The translations under genes and the position numbers were made by a program. Positions 11,433 to 24,069 of a DNA stretch of 64,000 bases are shown in pieces. This DNA is from Octopus vulgaris (taxonomy: Eukaryota). Numbering within the stretch: position 1 is the stretch's first letter; each line of letters starts with the position of its first letter. The stretch covers positions 131,192,001 through 131,256,000 of the forward strand of contig OX597818.1 in the NCBI GenBank assembly GCA_951406725.2, in the 5' to 3' direction. Below the pieces are notes generated by a model. The model saw only the letters and a list, made by a program, of their open reading frames with translations. It was not told the DNA's origin and made no database searches.

Positions 11433-11496
11433 TATACATAACATTCAAAATGTGTGTGTATGTATATATATATATATACACACACATTCAAAATGT

Positions 11497-11690
11497 AACC
11501 ACATGTGAATCATTGGCGATTTTCTTCCTCCGTCTTCCTTTTCTTTGAAGAAGACCTCTACTCGAAATGCTAAACTATCTTTCTTTCCTTCCATGAGTTT
11601 CTGCTAATACTTTACATGTACCACATCTATGCATTGTGTTTTTTTTGTTTTTTTTTGCGTTTGTTCTTCGTTTTTTGGGGATTTATTATA
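11497..11690 (+). mobile_element. Family E, degenerate copy
   Basis: ggcgattttt...gaagaagacctctactcgaaatgctaaac...taatactttacatgtaccac, ending at a TA-rich tract. Confidence 0.6.
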
Positions 11691-11818
11691 TTATATATAA
11701 AGTAGTTGTATACATTGCAAATTCTATATGCATTTATTTATATAGATTGCTCTCCCTCTCTTTCTCCTAATTCTCTCTTCATAGATATATTTTAAATATA
11801 TATATATATATATATATG

Positions 11819-11990
11819 TATTAGAAGAAATGAGGTAATCAGGCGATCGGATGGTTCATATTTACAGATATTTATTTATATATTACATTTTTTACATATA
11901 TATATCATATCATTCAGATCATTAGCGCTTTCTCCCATTCTAGTGGGGTTTTCAAATCAAAATAATTCCTTTGTGGGGAATTTTAATCAT
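11819..11990 (-). mobile_element. (TA)n-adjacent repeat with UUGAAAA-core hammerhead-like motif (11921-11958)
   Basis: Same family as 57826-58094 (tattagaagaaatgaggta.tcag...ggatggtt..atatttacagatattt). Confidence 0.6.
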
Positions 11991-12254
11991 TTTATAGAGT
12001 TTTGTAGTGGTGGGGAGGAACAAGACAGCATATATATATACATATATACACAACGGGTTTCTTTCATCTTCTGCCTACCAAATCCACTCGCGAGGCTTTG
12101 GTAACCCTGAGGCAATAGTAGAAGATACTTGCACAACGTACCACACTGTGGAACTGAACCTGAAACCATGCAGTTAGGAAGGAAACTTCTTACCACACAC
12201 AAATGCCTGCACCTATATATATCCATATATATACACACACAAACACACACGTAC

Positions 12255-12289
<35 letters not shown>

Positions 12290-12366
12290 TATATATATAA
12301 ATATATAAATATATACATATATGAATATATATATAAATACATAAATACATACACAGACATATATAC

Positions 12367-12400
<34 letters not shown>

Positions 12401-12976
12401 AAAGATATATATATATATATATATATATACATACCCACTTGCACATAACCACTGACTGACACACTCCCACAAACAGAAAATGAGATAGAAATAAGATATT
12501 GAATGTCAGGTATCAAGTAACACACACATATATCATATGCCAGAATTTCTCTCCCTTCAGGGTCCCTTACCTCACTAGAGAAATGATCCCTAATTCTGTT
12601 TTATTGTTTTGTTCCTTTTTCTTTTTTTTTTTTTTTGCTCATCTTCAATATGATAGGGGAGAAACTTGATTCCTGTTTTTCACGCAATTTAATTAGTTAT
12701 TCAAGTTGATGTCTGGTACTTATCATGTGGGGATCGTATGATAGGGGGTGGTTAGTTTTGAGATGTTATCCCCCATCCACACACACACACACGCACACAT
12801 GCACACACACACTTCTTCCATCTCTAAGAGAGAAAAAAATAAAGATCTAGAGGACATCTGGATGTCTGAAGGACACCAAGGCATTAACAATAAAGAGAAA
12901 TGAAAGGATTCAGATTCAAACATTGTCTATGTATATATAATCACTGTCTATATATATAATTATAATATACAGAAGA

Positions 12977-13350
12977 GGCACAGGCATGGCTGTGTGGTAA
13001 GAAGCTTGTTTCCCAACAATATGGTTCCAGGTTCAGTCCCACTTCATGACAACATGGGCAAGTGTCTTCTACTACAGTTTCAGGCCAACCAGTTCCTTGT
13101 GAGTGGATTTGGTAGAATTTATATAGATATCTATATTTATTTATATATGTATGTATATGTTTATGTGTGTGTGTCTTTCTGTCTATATTTGTTCTCCCAC
13201 ACTAACACTTCACAGCCAATGTTGGTGTGTTTACATCCCTGTAACTTAGTGTTTCAACAAAAGAGACCGATAAAATAAGCACTAGGCTTACCAAAGAATA
13301 AGCCCTGGGGTCGATTTCTTCAAATAAAAACCCTTTAAGGCAGAGCTCCA
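12977..13350 (+). mobile_element. SINE family B, diverged
   Basis: Head ggcacaggcatggctgtgtggtaag through tail ggggtcgattt...aaggcagagctcca. Confidence 0.8.
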
Positions 13351-13486
13351 TAACACAACACAAGTCTATGTACTGATGGGAGTTAACCGCTCCTCAGTGA
13401 GTGAGGATACTATATTGGCAAGCCAATTTTAGTTGAAATTTAAGCTCATCAGTAATTACACACACACACACACACACACTCATATA

Positions 13487-13536
<50 letters not shown>

Positions 13537-13539
<3 letters not shown>

Positions 13540-13938
13540 GGAGCATAAGGTATTTGAGGACCTTATGCATTTTTTGCTAACTCTTTATAATCTTTGTTTC
13601 AGAAAATAATAATGGCAGACCCTCAGCTTACTCAAGAACTGAAGAGGCATGCTGTTATTGTGGTTATAAAGGCTGAGCATAGTGATTTAGAAATATCCCA
13701 ATTTTAAAAGTTACCAAGTCTTTCATCTACAAAGTTTATAAGGAGCTAGAGACTGATGATGGAAATGTATCACCAGTATCAAAGCATAAAAAGCATTCTA
13801 AATGCTCTGAAATCATCAGAAGATCTGAATTTATCCAACAAGTTCAATAGACCATTGACTACAATCCCAGGAAGTCCATGAGGTCAATTGCAAAAAACAT
13901 CTCTATCTGTCAGAAGGAACAATCAGAAATGTTGTCCC
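13537..13938 (+). pseudogene. Tc1/mariner-superfamily transposon 5' end with disrupted transposase N-terminus (HTH domains)
   Basis: Begins TA|CAGGG after (TA)n. From ATG 13612 with two frameshifts: MADPQLTQELKRHAVIVVIKAEHSDLEISQF/KVTKSFIYKVYKEL...IIRRSEFIQQVQ*TIDYNPRKSMRSIAK/LSEGTIRNVV, similar in style to maT/DD37D-like transposases. Confidence 0.8.
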
Positions 13939-14469
13939 CACAGCCACGTCTGCACCTACTCAACATTTTATGTCAATCTATATCACATATCTTATACGCA
14001 TCCATTGGTCAACTGTTTCAATGTCCAGTTGCTGTCTCAGATCATTTGTGCTCTGTCATTCACACATACACACACACACACACACATGCACACACATAGG
14101 TCTGAAGCAATGTCTGAAGCAAACCAGGACTAGAGAAGACATAACACTGATGACATCATGAATGATGGAGAAAAGACTTTGACAAACCTGATTGATTGAT
14201 TGATTGATTGGTTAACCAAATGATTAATCAAGCAATCGATTAGTTAATTGGTTAAATAGTTGACCAATAGTTGATAAAGAAATGCAAACAGAACCAGTGT
14301 GTGTTTGTTATTAACATAATGATTCCCCCGAGATACAACAAAATATGTTTCAACACACAAGTTCACATCAAGAATCTTGCAAATGGAATACAAAAAATGT
14401 AATTCATACTGCATGATATTCCTTCAAGTGTTCTATCATTTCAGGCCTAATTATCATTTCTAAGAAACC

Positions 14470-14951
14470 CAATACCACCACCACTATCAACACCACCACC
14501 AATACCATCATCACCAATACTACCACCTTCACCATCAACATTATCATCACTGCTATTGCAGCAGCATTCACCAACACTACCACCATCATCAACATTATCA
14601 TCACAGCTATTGCAGCAACCACCACCACCACCACCACCAAATAGCAACAACAACACCAACACCAAACCACCACCAATACCATCATCACCAATACTACCAC
14701 CCTCACCATCCACATTATCATCACTGCTATTGCAGCAGCCTCCACCACCACCACCAATAGCAACAACAACACTAACACCAAACCACCACCAATACCATTG
14801 CCAACACTGCCACTGCTGATACCACCACCATTATTAATGCTGCTGCTGCTGCAACCACTACCAACACCACCACTATCATCCTTTATAAGCATCACTGCTA
14901 CCACTGCTACCATTACTATTCTTCCATCATCACCACCATCATTAACATTGT

Positions 14952-14985
<34 letters not shown>

Positions 14986-15230
14986 ACTACTACTACTACC
15001 ATCACCACCACCAACAACAACAACAACTACACCAGCAGCAAAACAACAGCATTATAATGATTGCTGCTGCCTCTACCACCATCATCACCACCACCACCAC
15101 CACCACCATCAACACAACCACTACCACCATTTCTGCTACTTCCACTACAACCATCTCCCTCATTTCTTCCCCTTGTTACCATTTTGATCAGCACCATCAT
15201 CACCTTTGATTACCATCATCATCATAATTA
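14470..15230. repeat. Compound (ACC/CAT/CTG) trinucleotide and minisatellite tract
   Basis: Repeated unit accaccaccaataccatcatcaccaatactaccacc.tcaccatc.acattatcatcactgctattgcagca. Confidence 0.9.
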
Positions 15231-15520
15231 TTATCCCTGTTATCACAAACCAATGTGAGCATTTCAACATCCTAATTTAACCTGTTTAGAAATGGTAGCT
15301 AAATCTCTCTCAAACTCACACACTTTACAATCTTAAATGAAAGAAAGATACTTTGAATTACATAATCCTAGATATATTGTGACAGACTGAATACAATGTT
15401 GGGATGATCACTTCTGGGTTGCCTTTTTTTTTTTTGCTTGTAGATCTGTTTTGATAAGATTAGGCTTGTACCTAAAATCCAACACTACCAATGACAAAAG
15501 TCGTATCGCCGCCACCACTG

Positions 15521-15838
15521 CATCACCACCACCATCATCATCACCATCATCATCACCATCATCATCACCATCATCATTACCATCATCATCACCATCATCA
15601 TCACCATCATCATCACCATCATCATTACCATCACCATCACCACCACCATCATCATTACCATCATCATCACCATCATCATCACCATCACCACCACCATCAT
15701 CATCACCATCACCACCACCATCATTATCACCATCATCATCACCATGATCATCACCATCATCATCACCATCACCACCACCATCATCATCATCATCATCATC
15801 ATCACCATCATCATCACCATCATCATCACCATCATCAA
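15521..15838. repeat. (CAT/CAC)n microsatellite
   Basis: Direct reading; source of the poly-His/Ser/Met ORFs. Confidence 0.95.
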
Positions 15839-16173
15839 CGTCACCACTGAATTGGTAATACCATTGGATGGTACCTTACTGCAACAGTTCATCTACTTTC
15901 GTTTTTGTATGTAAATTGATATTTTATGACACTTTATGGGAAAACTCATTAAGACAGATGGTGTAGAATACTTCAGCTATCACTGAAATAAAGAGGAAAT
16001 CTTATGAATAATGGTGATTGTGAGTGTATGTGTGTGTGTGTGTGAGTGTGTGTGTGTGCACGTGCGTGTGGTTCTAAAAATCTCCTCGTATAAACCGTAC
16101 CTACCTAATTAAGTCAAAACACACATGTTTCCCTATAGGCGATCACCAAATGGGAAGCAATGAACTGACTAAC

Positions 16174-16194
16174 CTGTTAGTTCAACCACCTGCC
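16174..16194 (-). other. Candidate 21-nt microexon of an unidentified host gene
   Basis: Minus strand: long pyrimidine tract ..tttcttcttctttctcttaaattttccattgcatatctgcag|GGCAGGTGGTTGAACTAACAG|gttagt. Open only in phase 1 (xQVVELTx). Confidence 0.3.
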
Positions 16195-16632
16195 CTGCAG
16201 ATATGCAATGGAAAATTTAAGAGAAAGAAGAAGAAAGGGTGATAGGAGGAGGGAGAAAAGAAGGAATATGCTGCAGACAATTTTTCTGAACAGGTTGTTG
16301 ACACATGATTACTCAATCTGCTGAAAATAGCAGCCGAACGCCTACACAAATCACACCCTACCATCTTGAATAAAGATTTAATAGAACATTATAGTCCCTG
16401 ATATAAAAACTATGAGAATATCAGGGATGGATTATCGTTCATATTCTTTCAACTATGACTGGCCTGTGAATATAAAATAATAATGATTACTTAGAGTCAA
16501 TGAAGGAATGTAAGAACTGCAAGACACAGTAGCCAAATTTTCCTCTAATTACAACCTGGAATCTTTAATCAGGAAAGGGCTCATAAAATGTTAATTCCAG
16601 AAATACAGACAGATGAGATTTTTTTCTGTGTG

Positions 16633-16668
<36 letters not shown>

Positions 16669-16671
16669 CTC

Positions 16672-16863
16672 AAAAATAAGCAACAAGAATGGATCCGGTA
16701 ATTTAGTACAATTGTTTCATACTGTACTAAATTATCAGATCCATTCTTGTTGCTTATTTTTTATTATAATCACCCCGCATATTTTTATGGGTAATACCAT
16801 AAAAAATTCTGGTGCATCTAAATTAAGTACCATAGTCATTTGAATCTAAATTGTTTGCTGAAA

Positions 16864-16867
<4 letters not shown>
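16672..16867. repeat. (TA)n-embedded repeat with terminal 39-bp hairpin
   Basis: Arms 16672-16710 and 16723-16761 (2 mismatches); 16745-16867 is the reverse complement of ~3989-4108. Confidence 0.8.
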
Positions 16868-16918
<51 letters not shown>

Positions 16919-17700
16919 TTATTAATTGAAGTGTACGGTATTATATATCCATTACAACTGATCTTACCAATCAATTTTGCACTAGGGGTTCAACAGAGTG
17001 TTAGGTAACAGTCTGTTTATGTAACCCTGTACTCATCAGAGGTAGCTATAAAGGAATGAAACATAGCAGCTACTCTCTGTCTCTAAATGTATGTATGTAT
17101 GTATGTATGTATGTATGTATGTATGTATGTATGTATGTATGTATGTATGTATGTACATATATGTGTGTGCATATTACTCTGACAGATACATTTGCTCCAG
17201 TGTCTGTTTTGGTATGGTTTCTACAGCTAGATGTCTTTCGTAATACCAACTTTACAGAGTGTGCTGGACACATTTTATCATAGCACTGATAATAGTGAGT
17301 TTGTCAAGTTATTGCTGAGACTAAGAAAACAAAGGAAAGAAGGAGCCTCTTCCACTGAGTGGAGCCATAGTAGAGGGGGAGGCAGCTTTATGTCAAACGT
17401 TGGGAGGCAATGGTATAATAGGGGAAGCAGCATAGGTGTCTTGTTATGGAAGAGATACATAGCTGCTTCACATTATATAGGCGTGAGTGGAAGTTGGTGA
17501 TGAGATGCCAAAGCCTACCCTCAAAGTACAAGTGGACAAGTATAAGAGAAAATATGGACTGAACATAGAGAGGTGTTGGAAGAAGAAGAGTTTATAGGAG
17601 AGTAGGAGGTGGTTTGTGTTGGAGGTAGATATAATGTAGTGAATAATTGAATAATTCTAGGTGCAATCCCATGGTTATTCATGACTGAAGGGGGTCTTTA

Positions 17701-17824
17701 CCCAATAATATTTGATAATAAAAATATACAAGAATTTTCTTAAACATCAAATGGCTATGAGGGTCCACCAAAGTAAAATAGAAATTAAAGGGATCCACAA
17801 ACAAAAACTGGTTGAGAACCACTG
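17701..17824. mobile_element. hAT (Charlie-like) MITE end
   Basis: Ends ggttgagaaccactg, the reverse complement of CAGTGGTTCTCAACC, a typical hAT/Charlie TIR. Confidence 0.6.
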
Positions 17825-17949
17825 CTGTAGGTAGATGAGATATAAAAAAAAAAAGGAGATGATGTGCATGGTAGATATGAGAGGGTCTGGAAAAGGAAGT
17901 TTTGGAAGCTTAAGGATCCAGCAAACAATCAGAAATTAAGAGATGTTCT

Positions 17950-18372
17950 AGGCGTAGGAGTGGCTGTGTGGTAAGTAGCTTGCTTACAAACCACATAGTT
18001 CTGGGTTCAGTCCCACTGTGTGGCACCTTGAGCAAGTGTCTTCTACAATCACCTTGGGCCGACAAAAGCCTTGTGAGTGGATTTGGTAGATGGAAACTGA
18101 AAGACAGAAACTGAAAGAAGCCTGTCGTATATATGTATATATATATATGTATGTATGTATGTGTGTGTATATGTTTGTGTGTCTGTGTTTGTCCCCCCAA
18201 CATCGCTTGATGTGTTTACCTCCCCGTAACTTAGCGGTTCGGCAAAAGAGACTGATAGAATAAGTACTAGGCTTACAAAGAATAAGTCCTGGGGTTGATT
18301 TGCTCAACTAAAGGCGGTGCTCCAGCATGGCCACAGTCAAATGACTGAAACAAGTAAAAGAGTAAAAGAGAG
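17950..18372 (+). mobile_element. SINE family B, full length
   Basis: Matches the 10267 copy end to end. Confidence 0.9.
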
Positions 18373-18439
18373 TATGAAACATTTGGTGAAAAGGAAGGAT
18401 GGAGGGTGAGGCAGAGATGTATAACAAAGAAGACAACTG

Positions 18440-18720
18440 TGAACTATAGCTGGTGCAAAGTCCAGGCCAGACTAAGAGCGATGCCGTAGGAGAACAGTAA
18501 ATCTGACAAAGCTATGAAAGTGGAAGGATAGACTTTCAAAAACTGGAAAAATGGAGGAAGCAGTGAATTTTACATCGTAACAGAAGAAGCAAAAACTAAG
18601 AGATTTGTCAGTGTTCAACAACATGGGGATCAAAGACATGAGGTATTCCAGGTTGCAAATTAGGGTATCAGAAAGAATTGAGATGTTGTAGATGTGAAAT
18701 GTGAGTGGATGTATAATGGT
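18440..18720 (+). pseudogene. Highly decayed RTE LINE fragment (EN-RT linker)
   Basis: Residual peptides WCKVQAR, KNWKNGGS, EAKTKRFVSVQQHGDQRHEVFQVA, DVVDVKC resemble the RTE linker as I recall it. Confidence 0.5.
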
Positions 18721-19103
18721 ATAATAATAATAATAATAATGAAATTATGGTATACAGTGCTCAGGTGCACCACAACTTGTCAGAAAGTGCATATAAAGTA
18801 CATGCAGTAATGTAGAAATGTCTGGAAAGCGAACAATGTATGAGTCAGATACATGCTTGTGTGTGTATGGAGGGAGAAAATCAGGTGTAGTGTTGGTGAA
18901 TCTCAGGAAGCATGGAAGTTTTGAAGGATGCAGTGCTCCGACAACTAACAACTGATGCCGGCAGTTTGTTCCATGCTTCAGCAACTCTCAGCGTGAAAAA
19001 ATGTTTCCTGAAGTCATGGGAGCTGTGCTGTTTTCTTACTTTGTAAATATGTCCACGGGTGTTAGATGGGCGGAGTTTGAAAAGGTGCTCAGAGTTATTG
19101 TTT
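18721..19103 (-). mobile_element. CR1-type LINE 3' end (ORF2 C-terminus, 3' UTR, (TTA)n tail)
   Basis: Minus strand: SNTRGHIYKVRKQHSSHDFRKHFFTLRVAEAWNKLPASVVSCRSTASFKTSMLPEIHQHYT*, with the TRGH...FF..RV...WN.LP..VV...FK signature. Confidence 0.88.
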
Positions 19104-19124
19104 GTATGCTTGTACTTAGTGCCG

Positions 19125-19340
19125 AAAGTGTGCCTATATCACCCACTCTATCACTGTTACCTACCTAAAGAACTTCTACCTTTGTACCGTGTGGATGAGA
19201 AGTCTAGCTGACACTCCCCCTTATCTCACTGCTTCCTCACAGTATATGTGTAAAAGCCGTCTGTCTAGCATTTCAAGAATCTTACTGGATCTAACTTTCA
19301 TTGTGCCAGCATTGATTCTGGCAGCTCTAAAGCTGTGAAT
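19125..19340 (-). pseudogene. Decayed RTE LINE AP-endonuclease N-terminus
   Basis: FRAARINAGTMKVRSSKILEMLDRRLLHIYCEEAVR*GG..SARLL, a degenerate match to the N-V-G-T-M...QE-R-W-G start of the APE domain. Confidence 0.6.
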
Positions 19341-19706
19341 TTGATAGGAAGCATCTAAGATAGTTGCAGGACTGTTATCCAGTACCTGAAATGAAGATTT
19401 CTGTGAATACTTGCCAACAGGCAGAGGGTTCCTGTACAAGTCCAATTAATTTAAACAAACAATTGCTACTTAATGAATTACAATCTCCCTCGCTCCTGCA
19501 ATCCATCAAAGTCAAGTGCTTGCAAGTAGAAGGGAGAGGAGAAGTCGGGTGGCAGGGACTGAAAGGGAAAGTGTGGATTTCTGACTTCCTGGAAGAAGAG
19601 AAGAGAAAAGGGTGCAGAATATGCAGCAACAGTGAGAAATAATGATAGCGAGAGTCTGTGTACACTCCCCACTAGAATGTTTCGTATCAATATATGTAAG
19701 CATTAC

Positions 19707-19940
19707 AAAGGCGGCGAGTCGGCAGAACCGTTAGCACGCCGGACGAAATGGGTAGCCGTATTCCGTCTGTCATTACGGTCTGAGTTCAAATTCCGCCAAG
19801 GTCAACTTTGCCTTTCATCCTTTCGGGGTCGATAAATTAAGTACCAGTTACGCACTGGGGGTCAATGTAATCGACTTAATCCCTTTGTCTGTCTTTGTTT
19901 GTCCCTTCTGTGTTTAGCCCCTTGTGGGTAGTAAAGAAAT
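19707..19940 (+). mobile_element. SINE family A with 17-bp TSD
   Basis: TSD atatatgtaagcattac at 19690-19706 and 19941-19957. Confidence 0.92.
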
Positions 19941-20123
19941 ATATATGTAAGCATTACTCACACACACATACACATACATACACGCATGATTGTTGTAAAT
20001 GAGTGTCACTGTCATACAAGCAGTGTCTGTCATTTCCAATCTTCCATGAAAACATGTCTGGCCATGAGGCAATATACTTTACTTTGAAGCAGGTAAGAGT
20101 TGGTGACAGAAAGGGCATCCATC

Positions 20124-20312
20124 CAGGACTATCACCAGACTTTTGTGCTTGGGGGTGCTTCAGAATATTCTAGGTTGGCACTAATTTGTAAAATGCCGAA
20201 ATGTAGTTTTGAAATGAGTGTATAACTGTAAATCCAAGGGGTACACCATTGAATAGTTTGTGGAGGTGGGGTGCAGTGTCCTCCTATGCCCTCTAACTCA
20301 GCGACAAGCATA
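20124..20312. mobile_element. Probable hAT MITE inserted into an (ATG)n-tailed repeat
   Basis: Interrupts aagggcatccagctgtag. Flanks catccatc (20116-20123) and catctagc (20313-20320) each differ by one base from catccagc, giving an 8-bp TSD; TIRs decayed. Confidence 0.55.
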
Positions 20313-20361
20313 CATCTAGCTGTAGAAAATCTGCCTCAACAAATTCAGTCTGACGAATTCA

Positions 20362-20396
<35 letters not shown>

Positions 20397-21451
20397 AAAT
20401 AACAAAGCTAAAAGCTAAAAAAATTTTTTACAAAAAAAATAATGAAATCCAAAGTAGTTACTTAAATTCGAACCTGCAGTCTCATAATATCTTAAATACA
20501 GTGTTTCACCACTGATCCAGTGCCCTGACAGTAATGATAATAGAAGATAAATTTAAAGGAAACAAAACTTGTCTGTGGTCAGTAACTTCTGAACGCCAGT
20601 TCCACTAGATTAGCAACCAAGGAAACCTAGCAGAGAAATCTGCTTAGAGGCATGTCAACAATATAATGCAGTATTTGTGTGCATGAGGGCAAGAGTGTGC
20701 ATGGATGTGGTGCATGTGTGCTTATGCTGTATAAGTTGTGTATACATAGTCATTGCATGCAGAAAGAGAAGAGTGTGCTAGTGGCAGCGGTTATGTCAAT
20801 GACGATGGTTATGGTGATGCTGGTTGTGATGATAGTGGTGGCTGTGATGGTGGTGACGATCGCCATCGTGTTGTTGTCGTTGGCGGCGGTGGTGGTGGTG
20901 GTGGTGGTGGTGGTGGTGGCTGTGGTGGTGGTGGTGGTGTTGATGATGGTCATGGATGGAAGCAGTGATTACAAAAGCATGGCTGGCTGTTGGTTGGCTG
21001 GTTGGCTGGCTGGCTGGATGGCTGGTTGGATGGTTGGATGGTTGGCTGGTTGGCTGGTTGGGTAGTTGCTAGATGGCAGAAGAAATGCAGGAAGAGACAT
21101 TCTCAGAACTGCAGCCATGGCAATAATTCATACACGCAAATGATCACAACTAACAAAAAAAACAAACAAAAAAAAAAGATGATAAATAAAAAAATTTCAA
21201 AAATAAATAAATAAGACTACCACCACCACCACCATTATTACTACCACAACCACCATCATCATCATCATCATCATCATCAATAATAACAACAGAAGCAAGC
21301 AGCAGCAGGAGCAGCAGCAGCAGCAGCAGCAAAATTGCCATGGTAAGAAATAAATAAATAAATAAATAAAAATTTCAAACTTCATTTATTTTGTCTTAAA
21401 AAACAACAACAATCATTACAAACAATAAAAACAAGCAACGCAACAAAAATC

Positions 21452-21484
<33 letters not shown>

Positions 21485-22064
21485 CAATAACAACAACAAT
21501 GAAATTCAAATAAATACGAGCTACACAAAAAAAAAATTATATATATATATACATACATGTATATATATATAAATATATAAATAAATGAAATTTAAATTTC
21601 AAAAAGAAAAGATTAAGAAATAAATTAAAATTACAATTAAAATTCAACCAAAATAACAATGACAATGAAATTTAAAAAAGTATATACAAAAATAGGAAAA
21701 AAAATTTTCAGCAATGAAGGGAAGCGGGGGGGGGGGGAGGGTATTTTAAAGTTTTTAAATTTTTTGAATTTTATTCTTACTTTAATTTTTTAAAGTATTT
21801 TTTTTTTTAAATTTTTATTTTTTTATTTTTTCGAAACTTGAATTGTATTCTGTGAAATTGAGGACGAATAAAATTTAAACTGAAGACTATAGAGCATGTC
21901 GTTTGTCTTTGACTGGCATTCACTGACAACTGGAGAAGTGTGTGGGTGGGTGCAGGGAGCTAGGGTAGGGCACGGGGTGGGGGTGGGGTCAGTGGGGGGG
22001 AGGGGGAGTAGTGTGACTGGAGTTGATGTTATTGTCTTTCTCAGTTTAGATATGTTGGAAAGAA

Positions 22065-22083
22065 GTGTGTGAGTGTGCGTGTG

Positions 22084-22134
<51 letters not shown>

Positions 22135-22248
22135 ATATGTGTTTATCTGTGTGTGTTGGTGTTATCTATGTGAAAGATAAGGGAAGTATAAGAGTAAGAG
22201 AGAAAGAGAGATTGCATGTATGTATGTATGTGTGTACGTATGTATGTA

Positions 22249-22279
<31 letters not shown>

Positions 22280-22411
22280 ATGTATGTATGTGTGTGTGTA
22301 TGTATGTATGTATGTATGTATATGTATGTGTGTGTGTGTATGTATGTATGTATGTATGTATATATGTATGTATGTATGTGTGTGTGTGTGTATGTATGTA
22401 TGTGTGTGTGT
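22065..22411. repeat. (TG)n/(TATG)n microsatellites
   Basis: Direct reading. Confidence 0.95.
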
Positions 22412-22821
22412 GGGATGGTGGAACGTGGGAGTGTGTCTGTGTTTGTACATGAGGAATGAGGGTGCATGTGATTAAGTATGGACACATGGAAGAAGATATG
22501 TGTGTGCTTATGTATGGATACAGAAACGTGTGTGTGTGTGTGTATGAGAAATTCCTTATATGTATGTGTATGTAAAATCAGTGTATGTAATTTTTATATG
22601 TATATGTGTTTATATCTGTTTATACAGGAGTGAGAGTGACAGACAGACAGACAACAAACAGAAAGACTGCAGGAAATAATACTATTTTTCGTTCATTGTT
22701 ACTTCACAAATGAAAGGCCATACCCACAGTATTTATAGGCTCTCAAAGACTGGGCAGTTAATATGAATGGGTATGTTGGTGAGTTTAATGTTTTAGCAAT
22801 GTTCAAGTTTGAGACACAAAG

Positions 22822-22859
<38 letters not shown>

Positions 22860-23084
22860 AATTTCCAGATGGATGCAAGTCTGAAGAAGAAGGATTTAGA
22901 GAAAAATGTTAATAAAGAATTTTATGTAATGTGTAAAGGAGATGAGTAGAATGTGTTTTTGTGGGTAAAGATAGAGGATTGGTACTGATTTCAAAAATAT
23001 CTGAAGGCTTGAGGCCAGAAGAACTCTTGCAAAAAATACAGAGAGGTTTATTGTTGTTGTTGTTATTATTTAGGTTCATACTGT

Positions 23085-23727
23085 AAGGCAGTAAGCTGGT
23101 AGAATCATTAGCATCCTGGGGCAAAATACTAAGTGGATTTCATCTTCCTTTATGCTCTGAGTTCAAATTCTGCTGAAGTTGACTCAGCCTTTCATCCTTT
23201 CAGGTTCGATGAAATAAATACCAGTCATGCACTGAGGTTGATGTAATCTACTTAACCTATTTATTTACTACCCACAAGGGGCTACACACAGTGAGGACAA
23301 ACAAAGACAGACAAACGGATTAAGACGATTATATCGACCCCAGTGCGTACCTGGTACTTAATTAATCGACCCCGAAAGGATGAAAGGCAAAGTCGACCTC
23401 GGTGGAATTTGAACTCAGAACGTAGCGGCAGACAAAATACCTATTTCTTTACTGCCCACAGGGGGCTATACACAGAAAGGACAAACAAAGACAGACAAAT
23501 GGATTAAGACGATTATATCGACCCCAGTGCGTAACTGGTACTTATTTAATCGAACCCGAAAGGATGAAAGGCAAAGTCGACATCACCAGAATTTGAACTC
23601 AGAATGTAACGGCAGACGAAATACGGCTACGCATTTCGTCCGGCGTGCTAACGTTTCTGCCAGCTCACCGCTTACTTAACCTGTTCCTCAAAATATGCTA
23701 GCCTTGTGCCAAAATTTGAAACCAATA
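23085..23727. mobile_element. Older SINE A2 (+) interrupted by a minus-strand SINE A 1.7-mer (~23259-23673)
   Basis: Duplication of acttaacct on both sides of the insert; the host resumes with cctcaaaat...gccttgtgccaaaatttgaaaccaatat. Confidence 0.8.
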
Positions 23728-24027
23728 TGCATGGATGAATGGGCAAGTGTTTTCTAATATAGCCTTTTTAAATAGATATATATTTGCTTTCATAGCGAGG
23801 AAGTCAAAAGTTTAAATATTAGATATGTAATCAGCCAAATCCGTCAATGTTTTCCATCTTGGTTCAAATAATGCTGAGTGGAAGAATGAATATACAAATA
23901 CCTGAAAAAATTCTACATATATTTTAAACATCTTTTTTGCTTATTTTTTGAAGAGGACAAATTCAACATTTATGATGTTCTATTTATGGAAATCTTGGTC
24001 CTTTTGTCTGCAACAATTGTATGGGAG

Positions 24028-24028
<1 letters not shown>

Positions 24029-24069
<41 letters not shown>

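Noticed and set aside
14405-14465. Possible minus-strand exon EMIIRPEMIEHLKEYHA
   Set aside because: Weak acceptor context adjoining a microsatellite, a weak donor and no recognisable homology.
14404-15892. Poly-His, poly-Ser/Pro, poly-Val and Gly/Asp-rich ORFs that mimic low-complexity structural proteins
   Set aside because: Trinucleotide microsatellites open in several frames on both strands, with no unique domain or convincing splice context.
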